Shown: piece by piece, positions 58,934 to 64,000 of the stretch
Layout: the number at the start of each line of letters is the position of its first letter
Numbering within the stretch: position 1 is the first letter of the stretch
Source of the DNA: Eledone cirrhosa
Taxonomy: Eukaryota
Direction: 5' to 3'
Assembly (NCBI GenBank): GCA_964016885.1
Contig: OZ024740.1
Coordinates: 312,418,001 to 312,482,000, forward strand
Length of the DNA: 64,000 nucleotides
The notes under the pieces: model-generated
Told to the model about the DNA's origin: nothing
The model's database searches: none
What the model saw: only the letters and a program-made list of their open reading frames with translations
Position numbers and translations under genes: made by a program

Positions 58934-60227
58934 CAGGGTGTGGATGATATTTGTTCGCAATTTTCAACTGCTAATTTTATGCACATTTTTTTTACTTCCG
59001 TTGTCACTCTTGTCTTCATAAAAACAGTGACTATATTTCCATTATTTATTTTCAGAATAATTGATTATGAATAATTTTGAACCTCCAAATTTGTGGAAGA
59101 GATACGGAGTTCTTCTTGGAATCCGTGCCGGGAGGACAAATAAGGAAATTTCAGACTTTCTCAGTGTCAGCAGGAGAATGGTGGAAAAGGTCAGAAAGGA
59201 ATTAGAAGATTCAGGATTCGACTACGAAGCAACATCAGAGAGGAAAACACATGATTGACGATCTGACGCCTTCAGAACGCCCGAGTTCGTCGCTGAAGTT
59301 CAGGATATCATCAACAATGAACCTAGCAAGTTGATGTGTGCCATTGCAAGGGAGAAAGGCGTGGATGAAAAGCTCATTAGGCTGGTGGTACATGAAGACA
59401 TTCGCTACATTTCATACAAGATGAGGAAAGGACAATTTCTGTCAAAAGCGATTCAAGAAAAGCGACTGAAGCACGCAAAGAAGCTGATCAACAAGTTGAA
59501 ATACCCACTAGAGCCAGACATGCTGTGGTTTTTCTCTGACGAGAAAAACTTCTGACAAGACCAGAAGATCAACTCCCAGAACAACAGGTGGCTCGCTGTC
59601 TCATCCAAAGACGTGCCCAGAGTCATGCAGACAAAGTTTCCAGCGACAACATTGGTCTTAGGTGTCGTCAGCAGTCAAGGTGATGTCATGCCACCTCACT
59701 TCTTCTCTGAGGGCCTCAAGCTGAACACCGATGGCTACATCCACATTCTGAGCGAGGTAGTAAAGCCCTGGATCGACCAGGTAGCTGCAGGTAGACCGTA
59801 CGTGTGGCAGCAAGACTCAGCGCCCTGCCATACCAGCCGAAAGACCCAAGCCTGGCTGTCAGAGAACTTCGTCAACCACACTTCACCTAACATTTGGCCT
59901 CCCAGCTCGCCTGACTGCAACCCTCTCGACTTCTTTGTGTGGGGCGCAGTGGAACGAGACACCAACAGATCTAGCTGCAATACGAAAGACGATCTGAAGG
60001 CCAGGATCACAAGTGCCTTTAGGGGCCTAAGTCGGGGGACAGTGACGAAGGCCTGTAGCCGGTTCCGAGGCTGCCTTGAGGCCGTCATCAAAGCCAATGG
60101 CGGGTTTATCGAGTGAGATTGAAAGAACAAGTCATGAAGACAAACTGACCCAAGTTTGATAAATAAAACTACTGTCTTATTTTTTTCCTAGACAGTAATC
60201 TTGCGAACAAATATCGTCCGCACCCTG
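58934..60227 (+). mobile_element. Full-length Tc1/mariner transposon, DD37D (maT) family
   Basis: 27-bp TIRs at 58934-58960 and 60201-60227, TA flanks; FSDEK, QQDSAPCH, SPDCNPLD with 37 residues between the second and third D. Confidence 0.95.
59061..60116 (+). pseudogene. DD37D transposase with two in-frame TGA stops (59256, 59553)
   Basis: Three track ORFs lie in one reading frame, with no frameshift. Confidence 0.9.
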
Positions 60228-61033
60228 TATATGTATGTACATGTGTATATATGTATGTATATGTGTATATATATGTATATATCTGTGCGTGTATATATCT
60301 GTGTATATATATATGTATGTATCTGTGTATATATATCAATAGGTATCAATACCTCCAAGTCTCTGTTTCATCTCCACCCTACTACTCTCTCACTCTTTCA
60401 TCTTTCCTGATTAAATACCTGTCTTTTTGGTGTGTGTGTGTCTAAGTTTTATGTTGTGTGTGTGTGTGTGCCTATGTGTATGTGTGTCTGTGTATGTGTG
60501 TGCGTATCTCTGTGTATGTGTGAGTGTGTGTCTGTATGTATCTATCTGTCTATGTGTACCTTAGATCATAAGGGCCGTAACTCTATGCTGCAAAGCTTGG
60601 CGTCTGACCCTCTACCTATACTGCCAATAATAATGAAAATTATTGTGTACACTGCTCAGGTGCACTACAACTCATCAAAGGTGCATATATAATAACACAG
60701 AATAATGTACAAACGTCAGGAAAGTGAACAGTGTATCATTATCATCGTTTTACGTCCATTCTTCCATGCTAGCATGGGTTAGACGGGTTGTCCTGTTGTG
60801 GGCAGTGTCTGGTTGGTCAGCTGACCATGCCTTGCTCATACAGGAACTGATTTTGGCTTGATTTCTACAGCTAGATGCCCTTCCTAACACCAACCTCATT
60901 TACAGTGAGTGCTGGGTGCTTTTTCCGTGGCGCCTACACGTCCACTTTACAGTGTGGCTGGGTGCTTTTTTGCCGTGGCACCTCAACAACCACTTTGCAG
61001 TGGGAGGGTGTGGAGGCATATTGTCTATATGCT

Positions 61034-61390
61034 TCAGCTTGTACCCATGGGAAGTCGGGTACTCTGTATTACTGCGTGACGCCAGAGGTCAGGGTCGTGT
61101 GTCATCGCCTTTGAGAGGTGTAATTGGGTAAGGTCGGCTTTTATCACCTCATCCCAGGTCTTCTTGGGTCTCCCCACTCCGCGGTTTCCATCGACTTCTA
61201 GTGCTCTGCACCTTTTTATGCAGCTGTCATCCTTCATACGCATCACATGTCCATACCAACGCAACCGCCTCTCCTGCACACAGCATTTGATTCCTCTTAA
61301 ACTCCGTCTCTCTCTCACAATTCATTTATGCTTTGCCGTTCGCGTATATTACTATTACACATCCATCGGAGCATGTAGGCTTCGTTTCTT
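61034..61390 (-). mobile_element. RTE 3' fragment
   Basis: RRLRWYGHVMRM..GRPKKTW; same subfamily as 8361-8870. Confidence 0.88.
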
Positions 61391-61505
61391 GAGTTATGAT
61401 ATACACACAGATGGAGGGGGAATATCAGGTGTAGTGTGTTGGAACCATTTTAAATGTTTCACAGTTTCATGTCTTTCTCTTATAAATATAAGGCTTTGTA
61501 CTTAA

Positions 61506-61714
61506 CCCTTTAGTGTTGAAACCAGCCAAAACCGGCCAGAATACTCTACCTCCTTCTGTTGAAACTGGCTGTAACTGGTCACTCAAACTAATGTTAAGGT
61601 ATTGTTCTTAAAATAAATACTTTCAAAATCTCATAGATTCGATATTATGTGAGGTAAAGCCTTAACAATGAAAATATAATAGTATATATATAGAATAATG
61701 TGAACACTAAAGGG
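61506..61714. mobile_element. piggyBac-type MITE
   Basis: TTAA-CCCTTTAGTGTT ... AACACTAAAGGG-TTAA; a related single end occurs at 13157. Confidence 0.8.
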
Positions 61715-62667
61715 TTAAATATGAAATAAAATTATGAAATGTTATGTCAGTTTAAAAGTTTTCATTCCAAAATAATGAGAAAGAAAGTTACGTACAATAA
61801 AAATATGATAAGCATTCATGTGAGAAATATCGGATCCATCCTGGCCAGCAGATATTATCATCACTCACAGTTGCATTAATGTCAGTTAAGTTCATGGTGC
61901 TGAAATAACAGTTATATAAATATTATTATTGTTTCTGATTTAGGTACAAGGCCGACAATTTTAGGGGAGGGAAAGTTGATTAAATTGATCCCAGTGCATT
62001 ACTGATACTTTATTTTATCAATTCCATAAGGATGAAAGGCAAAGCTACCCTCGGTGGGATAATAATAATAAAAAATGTTCTTGATTTTTTATGTACATGC
62101 ATACACACACACACACTCGGATACACACACACACACACACTCGCATACACACACACATATACATACAAACACAAACACACAGGCATACATACACACAAAC
62201 ACACACATATACATACACTCATATAAACACATACACACAGACATGTACACACATACACATATACTCACAAACACACACATACACTCATATACATCTACAC
62301 ACACACTCACATACATACACACAAACACACATATACTCATATACACACATACCATACAAATATGTATATTTCAAAACTATTAGTAAAAAATAGTAGAGCT
62401 GAAAAGAATGAAGAAATGTATAACGCATACATAAACTTACTATTTCAACTTTATGGCTTATAGCTTGACTCAAACACAGACCTTGAGTTTTTAACACCCT
62501 AAGTAAGCTCTACAATATTACACAACAGAGTATCAATATAACAGTTAAAGATAATAATAGGTAATACAACATATTCAGGTAACAGATCAATATAACAAAT
62601 AAAGTTAATATATCAATATAACAGACAAAGATAACACAAATGTTCTTCAGTTTATTCAGAGTCATCA

Positions 62668-63905
62668 TAATAATAATAATGAAAATATTGTGTACAGTGC
62701 TCAGGTGCACTACAACTCATCAAAAAGTGTTTGTATAGTACATAGGGTAATGTACAAACGTCAGGAAAATGAACAGTGTGTGAGTCATGATATACACATG
62801 TGTGCATGTGTATGGAAGCGGGGACATCAGGTGTAGTTTTGGCGAATTTCGGGAAGCATGAGGGTTTTAAAGGATGCAGTGTCTCGGCAGCTAACAACTG
62901 ACGCAGGCAGTTTGTTCCATGCTTCAGCAACTGCTTTGTCCAACGCAAATCGCTGCTGACAGTAATGCCCAGGTTACATTCACAAGAGGACTACTTGATA
63001 TCAGTGTTGTGGAGGGAGTATGTGGACGCTGGATTTTTCCTCCCAAAATGCATGGTGGTACACTTGTCCACAGCCAGCTTCAGTTGCCAGTCTGTGATCC
63101 ATTGCTGCATTGTGTCCAGGTCTGATTGTAGGAAAGAGTTGTAGATTTCAGGATCAGTCCTTTTGATTTCAAGGTACAGCTTGATGTCATCTGCATATTT
63201 CAGTACCGTGGCATTCTTTAAGTTGGCATCTATGTCATTAATATATGCCACAAACAAAAGGGGACCAAGAACAGATCCCTGTGGTACACCAAATGACATC
63301 TCATATGATGAAGAATGCTGTCCTAGAACCGTGACTACCTCTTTTCAGCTGAGAATGAAGGATTTCAACCAGTTAAAAAGATCATCCCTCACACCCATTG
63401 CAGAGAGTTTTGCCATAAGTCTTTTGTGTGGCACAGAATTAAAAGCCTTAGCGAAGTCAAAGTAAACAACATCCACCCATAAGCCGCTGTCAGTGATCCG
63501 GGTAATGTCTTCAAGGAACTCGATAAGCTGATCACAGCAGCTGGAGTTAGGGATAAATCCAAACTGTGAGGGCCGGATGAGGCTGTGAGAGCTCCAGAAG
63601 TTCAAAAGTGTTTCTCTGACACAGGATTCCATCAGTTTGGCAATACAGCTAGTAAGACTGACTGGACGATAGTTGACAGGTGACATGCGGTCACCCTTTT
63701 TGAACAGGGGAATGACACTGGCAGTTTTCCACTACCCCGGAGTAGCACCATTGTTGAGACAGTATTGAAAGAAGAAAGAAAGCTGGTGCAAAAGGAAGTA
63801 CCCACCACGTTTGAGAAGCAGGTATGTAACACCATCAAGACCAGGGGAGGCATAGTTGCGCTTATTCTTAAGGTGACGTCGTAACATTGCAGGTGTAAAT
63901 TCCAT
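62668..63905 (-). mobile_element. CR1-group LINE, RT plus 3' end, internal deletion near 62930
   Basis: NYRPVSLTS, DFAKAFNSVPH, GVPQGSVLGPLLF, YADD, AWNKLP..VV..FK, (ATT)n tail. Confidence 0.92.
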
Positions 63906-64000
63906 AGTTCTTATGGAATTTTATGGTGGAGATGGTACATTCTGGTTTTCAACAGTAAAAAATAAAGTGGTCCATTTTTCCTCGCTAGCATGGGTTAGAT

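Overview
AT-rich, microsatellite-dense animal DNA with no recognisable host protein-coding gene. Its repeat content (RTE LINEs with (GAT)n tails, Meta/MESC-type and CORE tRNA-SINEs, many (TA)n/(CA)n runs) resembles an octopod cephalopod genome; this is inferred from repeat families, not a database match. The window is a mosaic of mobile elements: one young, essentially intact compact Ty3/Gypsy element (35287-39448), a decayed CsRn1-type Gypsy, several RTE LINEs, three CRE-clade fragments, an R4/Dong fragment, a Tx1/L1 cluster, CR1 fragments, a full-length DD37D (maT) transposon, MITEs and non-autonomous Helitrons. The most notable non-coding signals are: (1) at least three well-formed type I hammerhead ribozyme motifs, plus degenerate ones, in short (TA)n-embedded elements, one duplicated as a perfect 182-bp inverted repeat; (2) a family of fold-back elements whose two arms vary in concert; (3) HDV-like ribozyme remnants at RTE 5' ends; (4) a Gypsy primer-binding site matching the 5' end rather than the 3' end of tRNA-Phe; (5) a CRE element bracketed by ~90-bp direct repeats; (6) a ~36-kb-spaced inverted duplication carrying a 25-bp minisatellite and an orphan ORF. 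Most short ORFs in the track are microsatellite or antisense artefacts. Boundaries of decayed elements are approximate.
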